64,000 nt of DNA from Desulfurococcales archaeon (GTDB lineage Archaea; Thermoproteota; Thermoprotei_A; Sulfolobales; AG1): assembly GCA_015521765.1 (NCBI GenBank), contig WANO01000038.1, forward strand, positions 722-64,721, written 5' to 3'. The position numbers were made by a program, and so were the translations under genes. How positions within the stretch are numbered: the first letter of the stretch is position 1; the number at the start of each line of letters is the position of its first letter. Shown in pieces: positions 1 through 9,400 of this stretch. The notes under the pieces were generated by a model. That model worked only from the letters and a program-made list of their open reading frames with translations, had not been told where the DNA came from and made no database searches.

Positions 1-553
1 TGTTGATGCCGTTGTTGTCATGAGAGACGATCTTACGAAAGAGGTTAGAGGTAACGTCACGAGAGATCTGGAGCCCGGCGAGTCCAGGGTTGTGGAGCTT
101 GGATTCATACCATTTGACAAGATAGAGTTTGAGCTAGATATAGTGAATGCCACAGTACTCACCGTTAAGCCCAGCGAGCTGGTTTTGTATGCTTATCCGG
201 CCGGCTTTATAGGGTATCTCTCCACATATTTCATGATTAATTCTATCGACATCGATATTGATGTCGTTAGCGAGGTATCGATCTCTCTGAGACCTCTAGT
301 TGTAGAGCCGGAGCTATGTAGGTTTGCCTCGGTTATCGTTAGGTTTAATAGCGATGTAGTGAGGAGTCAGGGAAATATAATAGTAGTTGTAGGTCTAGTT
401 AATGATAGAGGGATCCTGGCTATGAGAAGCTTTACCGTGTCTGGAGATGCTGTTGAGGATGGATTCTTTATTGCGGATCTCTCTATAGATGAACCCGTCA
501 GATGCGGCGATCCCATATCTGTTTTGGTGTTTATCTCCGGTATAAGTATCTAG
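1..553 (+). CDS. Hypothetical protein, probably 5'-truncated by the window edge
   Basis: Frame is open from position 2 to the stop at 553; beta-rich sequence with no motif recognised. Confidence 0.6.
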   Translation, partial: VDAVVVMRDDLTKEVRGNVTRDLEPGESRVVELGFIPFDKIEFELDIVNATVLTVKPSELVLYAYPAGFIGYLSTYFMINSIDIDIDVVSEVSISLRPLVVEPELCRFASVIVRFNSDVVRSQGNIIVVVGLVNDRGILAMRSFTVSGDAVEDGFFIADLSIDEPVRCGDPISVLVFISGISI

Positions 554-555
554 AT

Positions 556-882
556 CTACTCGTACTCTCTCCAAACCTTCCCGCATTTTGTGCATCTATA
601 GAACCTTGTGGGTGGCTCGTCGGCCCTTCTGGTCTGCATGATCCAGTACTCAGCCTCGTTCCAGCCGCAGCTGGGGCACCTAACATCTTTAACTATCGGG
701 TTGGAGGTCCTCTTAGTGTCGTCTATAACTATAATCTTCTCCCTTTCCTTATGCTTGATTCTTTGGCCAAGAACAACCCTGCCGCCGCCGCTCGATGACG
801 ACTCGTAGCCGCATGATGAGCACTTGAATCTAGATGGCGCCACGGGCTGCATCAGTGAGCCACAATTAGGGCAAAACATCAT
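556..882 (-). CDS. tfs: Transcription factor S (TFS/RpoM family)
   Basis: Two Zn ribbons (CPNC..CSSC; CPSC..CTKC) and the QTRRADEP catalytic hairpin. Confidence 0.95.
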   Translation of the reverse strand: MMFCPNCGSLMQPVAPSRFKCSSCGYESSSSGGGRVVLGQRIKHKEREKIIVIDDTKRTSNPIVKDVRCPSCGWNEAEYWIMQTRRADEPPTRFYRCTKCGKVWREYE

Positions 883-976
883 TCTGCACCACCTGACGAG
901 CTCTGAAACACTATAGACCCATATTCATGATATAGCGTTTATACCCTTATAAACATGCACGGAGGTGGAGATTAAA

Positions 977-984
977 TTTTTAAG
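977..984 (+). promoter_or_regulatory. TATA box of tRNA-Asp
   Basis: TTTTTAAG about 28 nt upstream of the mature tRNA 5' end. Confidence 0.6.
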
Positions 985-1011
985 CCCAAATCATATAATC
1001 ATTATTATGGA

Positions 1012-1127
1012 GCCGCGGTAGTATAGCCCGGCCCAGTATGCGGGCCAGGATCTACGTGGTCCCCCGAATGTCGGGCCGTTGGCGCAGATAGCCCGTGACC
1101 CGGGTTCAAATCCCGGCCGCGGCGCCA
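1012..1127 (+). tRNA. tRNA-Asp(GUC) with two introns (1047-1068 at position 32/33; 1074-1089 at 37/38), CCA encoded
   Basis: Acceptor GCCGCGG/CCGCGGC, T arm CCGGG-TTCAAAT-CCCGG, anticodon stem CGGGC/GCCCG; removing both inserts gives loop CTGTCGA; both inserts form BHB-type motifs. Confidence 0.92.
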
Positions 1128-1173
1128 ATCTCTAATTCTGGTTTTTGGCTTCTTTGGATCTTCTATAGTATAT

Positions 1174-2283
1174 TTATAGTATATCCTGTATGAACTTACC
1201 GTTCTCGTATATAAGATCCCCATCCCCATAGATCTTAGCTTTACCAGTATCCTTCACGATATCCCAGTGGATCGCAGACATATTCCTGCCACCCGTGGAA
1301 GGGTACGACGCACCCAAAGCCATGTGTATAGTCCCCCCTATCTTCTCATCAAAAAGCACCTGCTTCGTGTGCCTCTTGATATCGTAGTTAAGACCAAATG
1401 CAAACTCCCCCACCACTCTAGCGCCCTCATCAACATCCAGCATCGCTTTAAGCAGGTCTTCACCTTTCCTGGCGCTAGCCTCAACAACCCTTCCTCTCTC
1501 GAACTTGAGCCTGACCCCCTCGATCTCGTATCCTCTCCAGAGAGCTGGATAGGTAAAAGTTATATACCCCTCCGTAGCATCCTCATGGGGTCCTGTGAAG
1601 ACCTCGCCGCCAGGCATGTTCTTTTTCCCATCGTCGTTTATCCAGATCCTCCCATCAACCCTCAGGGTTAGATTTGTGTCTTCATCAACAACCCTTATCT
1701 CGCTAAATCTAGATAGCTTATCAGCTATCTTAGCCTGCGACTCAGCCTGCTTTATCCATGCCTGAACAGGATCTGGTGAGTAGAGCTTTAACGCGTTATA
1801 GATGAAGTCCCTGTAATCTATGATCGACATACCAGCTTCCTGGGCCAGAGCCTTTGTGGGATATGCAGTAACCGTCCATCTCAGGCTACCCTCCCCATCA
1901 CGCTTCATGAATATCTCTGTGAGCTTTCTTGTAGCCGCGCTTCTGATTCGGAATCTCGAGGGATCAACCCCTATAAGGGGTTTAGTGTGTGTCGACGATA
2001 TGATCCCTATCCTCACATCGATGTTCTCTAGTATGAACCTGTCTATGGGTGATAGATACTCTAGAACGTCCTTCGGGGCGTACCTATAGAATATCTCCGT
2101 GAGCTCCTCGTCATCAACTACGAACCTGGGGTATGCGCCGCGGCTAACGGCGAGCCTATAGATCTCTCTGACCAGAGGGAGAGCCTCTACAGTTCCCGAT
2201 ATGAGGACCTCGTCCCCCTTGGATATAGCTGTGCAGTACTCAGCAATTAATCTAGCATACTTATCTATATCCCTCATAGACAA
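1174..2283 (-). CDS. M29 family aminopeptidase (AmpT/PepS-like)
   Basis: NMPGGEVFT, GEFAFG, LFDEKIGGTIHMALG and SAIHWD motifs. Confidence 0.92.
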   Translation of the reverse strand: MSMRDIDKYARLIAEYCTAISKGDEVLISGTVEALPLVREIYRLAVSRGAYPRFVVDDEELTEIFYRYAPKDVLEYLSPIDRFILENIDVRIGIISSTHTKPLIGVDPSRFRIRSAATRKLTEIFMKRDGEGSLRWTVTAYPTKALAQEAGMSIIDYRDFIYNALKLYSPDPVQAWIKQAESQAKIADKLSRFSEIRVVDEDTNLTLRVDGRIWINDDGKKNMPGGEVFTGPHEDATEGYITFTYPALWRGYEIEGVRLKFERGRVVEASARKGEDLLKAMLDVDEGARVVGEFAFGLNYDIKRHTKQVLFDEKIGGTIHMALGASYPSTGGRNMSAIHWDIVKDTGKAKIYGDGDLIYENGKFIQDIL

Positions 2284-2322
2284 CTACCAATAATATGTAT
2301 GTCTATACAGAAAATAACGGCA

Positions 2323-3159
2323 TTACCCAACCGCGGGTTCGATGGTTTTTATCCTCTTTATAAAGCTGGACTCAAGCGATCTATATATTAGAGGTGAAAA
2401 CAATATCGCCAAGATCCTCAACAGCTTGTATCTGAAGCCGATAACCACATCTCCGTTGAAGTCCTCATCAAGGATCTTGCCAACAACATATCTAGCTACG
2501 TATCTAGATGAGTGCCTGGGCACAAGGGGGTTTCTGGGTATGCCTGAATCTCCTATTTTCTCACCGCTTTTGGTCCTGATCAAGTTTCTATGGAACGACG
2601 TCTCCACATAGCCTGGGTATACACCAATCACTCTAATACCGTAGGGCTTGGCCTCAATCCTTATAGAGTCTGTGAACCCCTTAAGCGCAGTCTTGGTTGA
2701 TGTATATATGCTGAACCATGGTATGGGTGTATATACTATCAGGCTGGATACATTAACTATAGCGCCCTTAATCCCCATCCTAATCATGTGCGCCAAACCG
2801 TATTTCGTAATGATCACTGGAGACACGTAGTTGAGGTTGATTATATTCACGATATCCCTATCCTGATACTCGACTATGGGGCCATATATCCCCGCACCCG
2901 CATTGTTGACTATGATCTCCATGTTTCGGTATTTGTTGAGCAGCTCCTGAATTCTCGATACTGTCTCATCTATATTAGACAGATCTATAGTCTCTATAGA
3001 TGAATCACGCCCGAGACCGGATATATGATCCCTAACCTCTTGAAGAGCTAAAGAGTTTCTAGAGCATAGGACAACGTGAAACCCCTTCATAGCGAGCTCA
3101 ATAGCGATGTCTCGACCCAAACCCGATGAGGCCCCAGTAACTAGAGCGTATCTCGCCAA
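2323..3159 (-). CDS. Short-chain dehydrogenase/reductase
   Basis: TGASSGLG, NNAG and YxxxK (YTSTK) motifs. Confidence 0.92.
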   Translation of the reverse strand: MARYALVTGASSGLGRDIAIELAMKGFHVVLCSRNSLALQEVRDHISGLGRDSSIETIDLSNIDETVSRIQELLNKYRNMEIIVNNAGAGIYGPIVEYQDRDIVNIINLNYVSPVIITKYGLAHMIRMGIKGAIVNVSSLIVYTPIPWFSIYTSTKTALKGFTDSIRIEAKPYGIRVIGVYPGYVETSFHRNLIRTKSGEKIGDSGIPRNPLVPRHSSRYVARYVVGKILDEDFNGDVVIGFRYKLLRILAILFSPLIYRSLESSFIKRIKTIEPAVG

Positions 3160-3314
3160 GAGGAGCCCGTGATAAGTTATGTAATCTACCCCTAATTAGG
3201 GTGCTATCTGATATTTAGACAGGGAAATATATTATGTGTGGCATCGATTATTAGTGTTGGAGAGATGCCATAGTGATTCAATATTTTTACGATCCGTAGC
3301 ATAAAACAGCGCTG

Positions 3315-3851
3315 GTGTGCGGCTTAGTGGTGGATCGATATAGGTACCTCATCGATACGGGGGCAAGGACATGGCTAGGGGTGATACTCCTAGCTTTATC
3401 TGCTGTTTTCCTATTCTATGGCGGCAAGATTATATCTGCAGTGGTGTCCATAGCTATTATAGTCATCGTTGCCGTTATAGGCTCTATTATCCTGGGACTC
3501 ATGTTTGGTCTGCTGGGCGTGGTGGTTGGAGCTGTTTTAGGCGGGTTTATAGGCTATCTCATAAGCGGCTTTATGATAGCCTTTACTATAGCTGTGCTTA
3601 TAGCTGTGGTTGTCTTCCATCTATTAAAGGATCTCGGTGCTCCAGAAGTGTTCTCTATAGTTGGGGCTTTTATAGGATTTGTAGTTGGCTATATAGTTTC
3701 TGGGTACATAGTTGGTTACCTCGGCATATTCATAGCGGCGCTACTAGCCTATGAGGGTTCCAGGCTGTTGGGTATAGACAGATCCGTATCACTATCTATA
3801 GGTCTTGCAGTATTGATTTTGGGTGTGGTAATCTCTATAGTGATACCCTGA
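3315..3851 (+). CDS. Hypothetical integral membrane protein
   Basis: Multiple Gly-rich hydrophobic helices; first gene of a co-directional cluster. Confidence 0.75.
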   Translation: MCGLVVDRYRYLIDTGARTWLGVILLALSAVFLFYGGKIISAVVSIAIIVIVAVIGSIILGLMFGLLGVVVGAVLGGFIGYLISGFMIAFTIAVLIAVVVFHLLKDLGAPEVFSIVGAFIGFVVGYIVSGYIVGYLGIFIAALLAYEGSRLLGIDRSVSLSIGLAVLILGVVISIVIP

Positions 3852-3873
3852 ACCATGCTTTGAGGAAGGGATC

Positions 3874-4500
3874 TTGGATATATATACAGGGAACCCGGAT
3901 CTCGATCTCAAGCTATCTAGATCGAGAGCTCGATTCCTCGTACTCTATGGTGAGCCCGGAGCCGGAAAAAGTAACTTGGCTCTAAAGATATCTAGAGAAA
4001 CCATATTAAGTCGTGGGATCTATACGTACTACATATCGACTGAGGGGGACCTCATAGTTGAGAGGATGTTTCAGCTAAAGATGCCTGGCGATAAGATATA
4101 TTTCACTAACGTAAAGACCCTCCCAGAACTCCTGAAAGCTATCATGCACCTTGTTGACAAGGGAGATGCAGAGCTTATTGTTGTTGATAGTGTGAATAGC
4201 CTTTACCGTGTTGAAACGATGTTTAGTGAGAGGGCTAACCAGATCTTTCTAGCTATACTCTCATTCCTTAAACTGATTTCAGATAGAGGGGCAAGCGTTA
4301 TTGCGACAGCACAGATTAGAGAGGCTGGAGACAGCATTGAGCCTTCTGCCCTAAAGCTAATAAGGTTCTACACGGACCTGTTTGGGAGGGTATCCAGATC
4401 TAGAGGGGTGTGCAGAGTTCTAGAGATTTTAGGGGATAAATACCTGTTTAAGGTAACTGAAGATGGCTTAAAATGGCTGAGCTCTATAGATTTCTGCTAG
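3874..4500 (+). CDS. RadB/aRadC-like RecA-superfamily ATPase
   Basis: Walker A GEPGAGKS, YISTEG, Walker B LIVVDS; no RadA N-terminal domain. Confidence 0.8.
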   Translation: MDIYTGNPDLDLKLSRSRARFLVLYGEPGAGKSNLALKISRETILSRGIYTYYISTEGDLIVERMFQLKMPGDKIYFTNVKTLPELLKAIMHLVDKGDAELIVVDSVNSLYRVETMFSERANQIFLAILSFLKLISDRGASVIATAQIREAGDSIEPSALKLIRFYTDLFGRVSRSRGVCRVLEILGDKYLFKVTEDGLKWLSSIDFC

Positions 4501-5018
4501 ATCTCACGCGTATAGTCGTTGCAACGATATATATCTATTTCCCAGCCATGGCAGCCAACGGTGCACCAGTATTTATAGCTAGGGGGACACCAATGGATCT
4601 CGGTAGAAAACTTTTTGATGGCCGCAGAATCCTTGGCGACGGAAAGACTTTTGAGGGTTTCTTCATTGGTGTTTTATTCGGCACCTCTGTGGGTGCTATA
4701 TATGCTGTCCATACAGATAACCCGTGGTTCATGCCGTATGCATTGATACTTTCGATAGGGGCCTTGCTCGGAGATGTTATGAGCGCCTTTATAAAGAGGC
4801 GTATTGGTCTTCAGAGGGGTGAGCCCGCTCCTGTACTCGATCAAACATCTTTCCTGGTTATCGCGACTGTCGCGGTTAAGTTCTCGGGTATAGAGTATCT
4901 CGTTGGGGTTGAGATCACTGTGATCCACTATATAACCGGTGTAGCCTTATCGATAATCCTGCATATAGCTACAAACTATGGAGCATATAGGCTTGGCCTA
5001 AAGAGTGTTCCTTGGTAG
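4473..5018 (+). CDS. carS: CDP-archaeol synthase
   Basis: ANGAPV, DGRRILGDGKTFEG, GDxxSAFIKRRIG and PVLDQ motifs. Confidence 0.92.
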   Translation: MAELYRFLLDLTRIVVATIYIYFPAMAANGAPVFIARGTPMDLGRKLFDGRRILGDGKTFEGFFIGVLFGTSVGAIYAVHTDNPWFMPYALILSIGALLGDVMSAFIKRRIGLQRGEPAPVLDQTSFLVIATVAVKFSGIEYLVGVEITVIHYITGVALSIILHIATNYGAYRLGLKSVPW

Positions 5019-5098
5019 AGCATGCGCTACAATCTGGATAGCTTATTTATTAGTTTTTAATCTTCTTTAGAGATGATAGAGGTCGCTGGTTAATTGGT

Positions 5099-6466
5099 AT
5101 GAGCGATCTTGAGGGTTTAGTTAGGGAGCTGATTAGTAAGGGTGTTGATAGAGATGGGATTATAGACCGGTTGATGCAGGAGATCTCCATATATAAGGAT
5201 CTAGATCCTGAATCCCTCAAAAAAATAAGCAACATAATCTATGAGGAGGTAGCTAAAAGCACCTCTATATGCATGGATGATCCCTCAGGAGACATAATAT
5301 GCCCACACACAACCGGGGTGAGGGCTGGCGAGCTGGGTATAGGATCACGTGGGCTAGGCGACTTTTTCTTCCATGAACAATTGAGGAAGATAGCAAACGC
5401 CACCAGCTCCACAAGCCATATGCTTAGGGACGATGCGGGATGGATCAAGCTAGATAATTTATGGATAGTAACATCTATCGATGGGATACATAGCAGGCTA
5501 GCCTATTTCCCGCTTATAGCCGGTTTCCACGCGGCTAGAGCTGCAGCTAGGGACGTGTTGGTTAAGGGAGCTGTGCCCCTCGGGTTTATTATAGATCTTA
5601 GGATAGCCGATGATGGAGACCCATCACTACTGCTGGAGCTCGAAGCCGGAGTATCTGCTGTAGCCAGCTTCCTCAACATACCCATACTTTCAGGCTCTAC
5701 ATTAAGGATCGGGGGCGATATGGTTATAGGTAAACGCATTGTAGGCACTGTAGGATGTGTAGGTTTCTCTGAGCATGAGCCTATATCTAGAAGCAACATT
5801 GAGGTTGGGGATGTGATCGTCATGACCGAAGGGAGTGGAGGCGGAACCATCACTACTGCAGCTGTATTTGAGGGTGAAAGAGGGGTTGTTGATAAAACAA
5901 TCAATTTCAATACTCTGGGGCTTCTGCTCAAAATGATCAGGAACAGAGATATAGGGCTTGCCTCAGCTGTATTGGACGTGACCAACGGCGGGTTAAGAGG
6001 GGACCTCAACGAGCTGGCTGAATCACTTAATCTGGGGTTTGCCATAGATATAGGTAAGGTTGAGTCGCTCATAGATGGGGATGTGCTTGATTTCATGAGG
6101 AGCCGAGACATAGATCCTTTAGGGGTCTCCCTGGACTCCATATTGTTTATAGTTAACAGGCGGCATGCGGAGAGGCTTGTAGATATTGTTAGGGGGTACG
6201 GTGTAGAGGCGGATATTGTTGGTGAAGTTATCTCTAGGAGGGGTGTCTATAGATACTCTGGCGATCAAAGGGATCTTGAACCCCTGGATCTGATGTATAG
6301 GGAATCCCCATATACCAGAATAAAGAAATATATAGGGTCTGAGAAACCCAGCAATATGAACCATATATTGGATCTGGTTGATAGAGCGTGCAAAGTAGCC
6401 ATATATAAAAGAAACGCTCTCCTAAAATACGCGTCTAGAAACACAAAAGTAGATCTAGAGGAATAA
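5099..6466 (+). CDS. AIR synthase (PurM/HypE/ThiL-fold) related protein
   Basis: GSRGLGDF, DDAG, DGIHSRL and DVTNGGLRGD motifs. Confidence 0.82.
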   Translation: MSDLEGLVRELISKGVDRDGIIDRLMQEISIYKDLDPESLKKISNIIYEEVAKSTSICMDDPSGDIICPHTTGVRAGELGIGSRGLGDFFFHEQLRKIANATSSTSHMLRDDAGWIKLDNLWIVTSIDGIHSRLAYFPLIAGFHAARAAARDVLVKGAVPLGFIIDLRIADDGDPSLLLELEAGVSAVASFLNIPILSGSTLRIGGDMVIGKRIVGTVGCVGFSEHEPISRSNIEVGDVIVMTEGSGGGTITTAAVFEGERGVVDKTINFNTLGLLLKMIRNRDIGLASAVLDVTNGGLRGDLNELAESLNLGFAIDIGKVESLIDGDVLDFMRSRDIDPLGVSLDSILFIVNRRHAERLVDIVRGYGVEADIVGEVISRRGVYRYSGDQRDLEPLDLMYRESPYTRIKKYIGSEKPSNMNHILDLVDRACKVAIYKRNALLKYASRNTKVDLEE

Positions 6467-6483
6467 AACCGGATCAGTCATAA

Positions 6484-6960
6484 TCAGTCATATTTAAATA
6501 TGTTTAGATCTAGAACCCTACGATCCCTATATCTTATCACATCAATATTGCCCACTATATACTCTATTAAACCCCTCACAGAAGGCGTAAGATCTAGGTT
6601 TAGAGCCTCACTAATCCCGAACACACCCACAGCCTCCACGTCGCTTCCGGCCACAGCGCTGTCTAGGCTATCTATAGGCTCCATGAGAACATCGAGTATA
6701 ACATAGTGTCTCGACGAAGTGAACACCTCGCTTATATAAACCACACCCATCGGTCTAGCTCTAATACCCGTTTCCTCTTCAAGCTCTCTAACCGCCGCAT
6801 GGAATATATCTTCATCAATCTCTAGATGCCCCCCGGGTATGCTCCACTTACCTGCCCCTGGAGGGTTCCTCCTCTTAACCATAAGTATGTTGCTGCCTCG
6901 ATCAATAACCACACAGCCAACGCCAACAAGCGGTCGATTATATCTATAGCCCATATCCAC
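6484..6960 (-). CDS. NUDIX hydrolase
   Basis: Nudix box GGHLEIDEDIFHAAVRELEEETG. Confidence 0.92.
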   Translation of the reverse strand: MDMGYRYNRPLVGVGCVVIDRGSNILMVKRRNPPGAGKWSIPGGHLEIDEDIFHAAVRELEEETGIRARPMGVVYISEVFTSSRHYVILDVLMEPIDSLDSAVAGSDVEAVGVFGISEALNLDLTPSVRGLIEYIVGNIDVIRYRDRRVLDLNIFKYD

Positions 6961-7003
6961 TTCTCCAGTTAAATAGGTTTACATAGAATACTTATATTCG
7001 GTA

Positions 7004-7885
7004 GTGTCTACAGGTGCGTTATCTGTGACGATTGACGAGTTCATCTCTATATTCGGTAGAAAACCTCTGATTGGAGTTATCCATCTCCCTAGGCTTCCAA
7101 GCACTATGTATAGTGCCGATATGGGTGTGGAAGAGATCATTGAGAACTCGGTTAGGGAGGCTAAGATGCTGGAGGAGCACGGGTTTAAAGGGGTTATAGT
7201 CGAGAATTTCGGTGATAAACCTTACTATAAGCGTGTGACCGATCCCTTAACCCTATCGATAATAGCTATAGTTTCGAGAGAGATAGTGAGGTCAACAAGT
7301 CTCGTGGTTGGAGTGAATATTCTTAGAAACTCCGGTGTGGAGGCCTATTCGGTGGCTTTGGCGTCTGGAGGTAGGTTTATTAGGGTTAACAGCCTGTCTG
7401 AAACTATAGTTAGTGATTCAGGAATTATAGAGCCTGAAGCCCCAAGGCTTAAAGGCGTGAGAATCAATCACCCAGGGATAAAGGTGTTTGCCGATATACT
7501 GGTTAAGCATTCTGCTAGCTTAAGCTTTAACCTCCTGTATAGCCAGGGCCTATATCTAGGTGACGCCTCAGGCGGGAAGGATCATATTATCAAGACCATT
7601 ATCGAGGACACCGTTGAGAGGGGAGGTGCCGACGCGATCATTTTAACTGGGTATCGAACTGGTGAGCCTGTTGATGCCGACCTTGTCAAGAAGGCTAGAT
7701 CATTGACTCAGACACCCATAGTGATTGGTAGCGGTATAGATCCCGAAAACATCAGGGTTCTTTCAAGCCACTCGGATGGGTTCATCGTTGGCTCCTATAT
7801 AAGGGTTAAGGGTAGAGCTGGAAACCCCATTTGCGAGGATAGAATTAAAAAACTTGTCTCGGCATATAGAGCTTCCATCGGGTAG
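7004..7885 (+). CDS. BtpA/SgcQ family TIM-barrel protein
   Basis: IGVIHL, ENFGDKPY, GVNILRN, ADILVKH and DGFIVGS motifs. Confidence 0.9.
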   Translation: MSTGALSVTIDEFISIFGRKPLIGVIHLPRLPSTMYSADMGVEEIIENSVREAKMLEEHGFKGVIVENFGDKPYYKRVTDPLTLSIIAIVSREIVRSTSLVVGVNILRNSGVEAYSVALASGGRFIRVNSLSETIVSDSGIIEPEAPRLKGVRINHPGIKVFADILVKHSASLSFNLLYSQGLYLGDASGGKDHIIKTIIEDTVERGGADAIILTGYRTGEPVDADLVKKARSLTQTPIVIGSGIDPENIRVLSSHSDGFIVGSYIRVKGRAGNPICEDRIKKLVSAYRASIG

Positions 7886-7957
7886 TGATGATTTAGGTTC
7901 GGTACAGTTATGTAGAGTTTTATTATTTAAGTAGCAATATTTCATAGGTTCAGAATC

Positions 7958-9211
7958 ATGGAAATGGTGATTCTTGCTGCTGGTAAGGGGGAGAGGTTAA
8001 GGCCTATAACCGATGTGAAGCCTAAACCCATGATCAGGATACTGGACAAGACCATCATTGAGAGAATAATAGAGTCCTCATACATGATGGGGGTTAAAAG
8101 ATTCGTTGTCGTAGCTGAGTATAGATACGATATTCTGGCTAAGCACCTATCCAGAATAGCTGAGAGACTGGGGACAGAGATATCGATCGTTAGACAAAAA
8201 ACCGAGCTGGGAACAGGGCACGCGTTACTGGAGGCTTTGCCCTCTATAAACTCCGATGATCCTATAGTTGTCTACGGCGATCTCTATGTTTCAGAAAACG
8301 CCCTAAAAAGAGTTATAGAATCCCCACCCAACTCTCTTTTAGGTATTAGGGTTGCTGATCCGTCAAGCTACGGGTTGCTACATGTTAGAGACGGCGTTGC
8401 CTACGGTATTGATGAGAAACCCTCTAAACCCAAGTTTTCCGGACCCTACCTAATAAACGGAGGGATATATAGGTTCTCTAAAGAAGCGCTTAAATACCTC
8501 GAAGACATCGAGCCTTCTCCAAGGGGAGAGATCGAGTTGACCGATCTAATAAACCACACAGCAAAAATGGGCTTCCGCTTCAAGGTTGTGGAGGCCTCCT
8601 ACTACGATGACTGGATCGATATCGGGAGACCCTGGAATATATTGGATGTGCACGAAAGACTGCTAAAAGACCTTAGGAACAAGGTTGTGAAGGGCAGAGT
8701 TAGCCCGTCTGCAGAGATCAAAGGGCCAGTATATATAGAGGACGGTGCAGAGGTGAAGGGATGCTCGATAATTGAGGGGCCGGCATATATCGATAGGAAC
8801 GCTACTATCGGCCCAAACTCGTATATTAGGCCCTACACATATATAGGTGAGGGATCTAAGATAGGCTTCTCAGTAGAAGTAAAGAACAGCGTTATATATG
8901 AAGACGCGAGAATACCCCATCTAAGCTATATTGGCGACTCCGTCATATGTGAGGGTGTGAACTTTGGTGCAGGAACCCTTATAGCAAACCTAAGGTTTGA
9001 TGAGAATCCTGTGAAGGTGACCGTGAAGGGAGAAAGGCTTAGCAGTGGAAGGAAGAAGCTTGGTGCATTTATTGGTGCTTATGTTAAGACGGGAATAAAC
9101 TCCTCTATCCTTCCTGGGGTTAAGGTTGGTGCGTATTCCGTGATATATCCAGGTGTTGTTGTGGGTAGGGATGTTGACTATGGGAGTGTGGTTAGATCAA
9201 ATATAATTTAG
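7958..9211 (+). CDS. glmU: Bifunctional sugar-1-phosphate nucleotidyltransferase/acetyltransferase (GlmU-like)
   Basis: LAAGKGERLRP, RGEIELTD, C-terminal hexapeptide repeats and HLSYIGDS. Confidence 0.85.
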   Translation: MEMVILAAGKGERLRPITDVKPKPMIRILDKTIIERIIESSYMMGVKRFVVVAEYRYDILAKHLSRIAERLGTEISIVRQKTELGTGHALLEALPSINSDDPIVVYGDLYVSENALKRVIESPPNSLLGIRVADPSSYGLLHVRDGVAYGIDEKPSKPKFSGPYLINGGIYRFSKEALKYLEDIEPSPRGEIELTDLINHTAKMGFRFKVVEASYYDDWIDIGRPWNILDVHERLLKDLRNKVVKGRVSPSAEIKGPVYIEDGAEVKGCSIIEGPAYIDRNATIGPNSYIRPYTYIGEGSKIGFSVEVKNSVIYEDARIPHLSYIGDSVICEGVNFGAGTLIANLRFDENPVKVTVKGERLSSGRKKLGAFIGAYVKTGINSSILPGVKVGAYSVIYPGVVVGRDVDYGSVVRSNII

Positions 9212-9328
9212 CCTGATGCGATAGCCTCAGAGAACGTCTATATTTTGCCTCCCCGCATCTATATAGATCACACGTTACACATTACTGCAGAAATTTAATT
9301 TTAATAAGGGCTCATATAAATCAATACT

Positions 9329-9400
9329 AGTAGCGGGGACACCATCTCTGCAAAGCAAAACGCTATATGGCTACATGGATTAGAGCTGGGGTGGTGATCT
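9329..9400 (+). promoter_or_regulatory. Structured 5' leader of gat-queC with anti-SD (candidate cis-regulatory RNA)
   Basis: TATA-like TTTAATAA at 9300-9307; stem TAGCG/CGCTA; loop segment CACCATCTC complementary to SD region GGGGTGGTG. Confidence 0.35.

Noticed and set aside
937..954. Palindrome GTTTATA-CCCT-TATAAAC
   Set aside because: Adequately explained as TATA elements in a divergent promoter region; no further support for an operator
1005..1229. 74-aa minus-strand ORF
   Set aside because: Antisense shadow of the tRNA-Asp gene
5503..6141. Long antisense ORFs (also 36876-37451, 37506-38018, 38403-38915, 41476-41991)
   Set aside because: In-register shadows of well-supported genes on the opposite strand
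7885..7945. C-box GTGATGA suggesting a C/D sRNA (similar cases near 3169, 47390 and 59534)
   Set aside because: No correctly spaced complete C/D'/C'/D set
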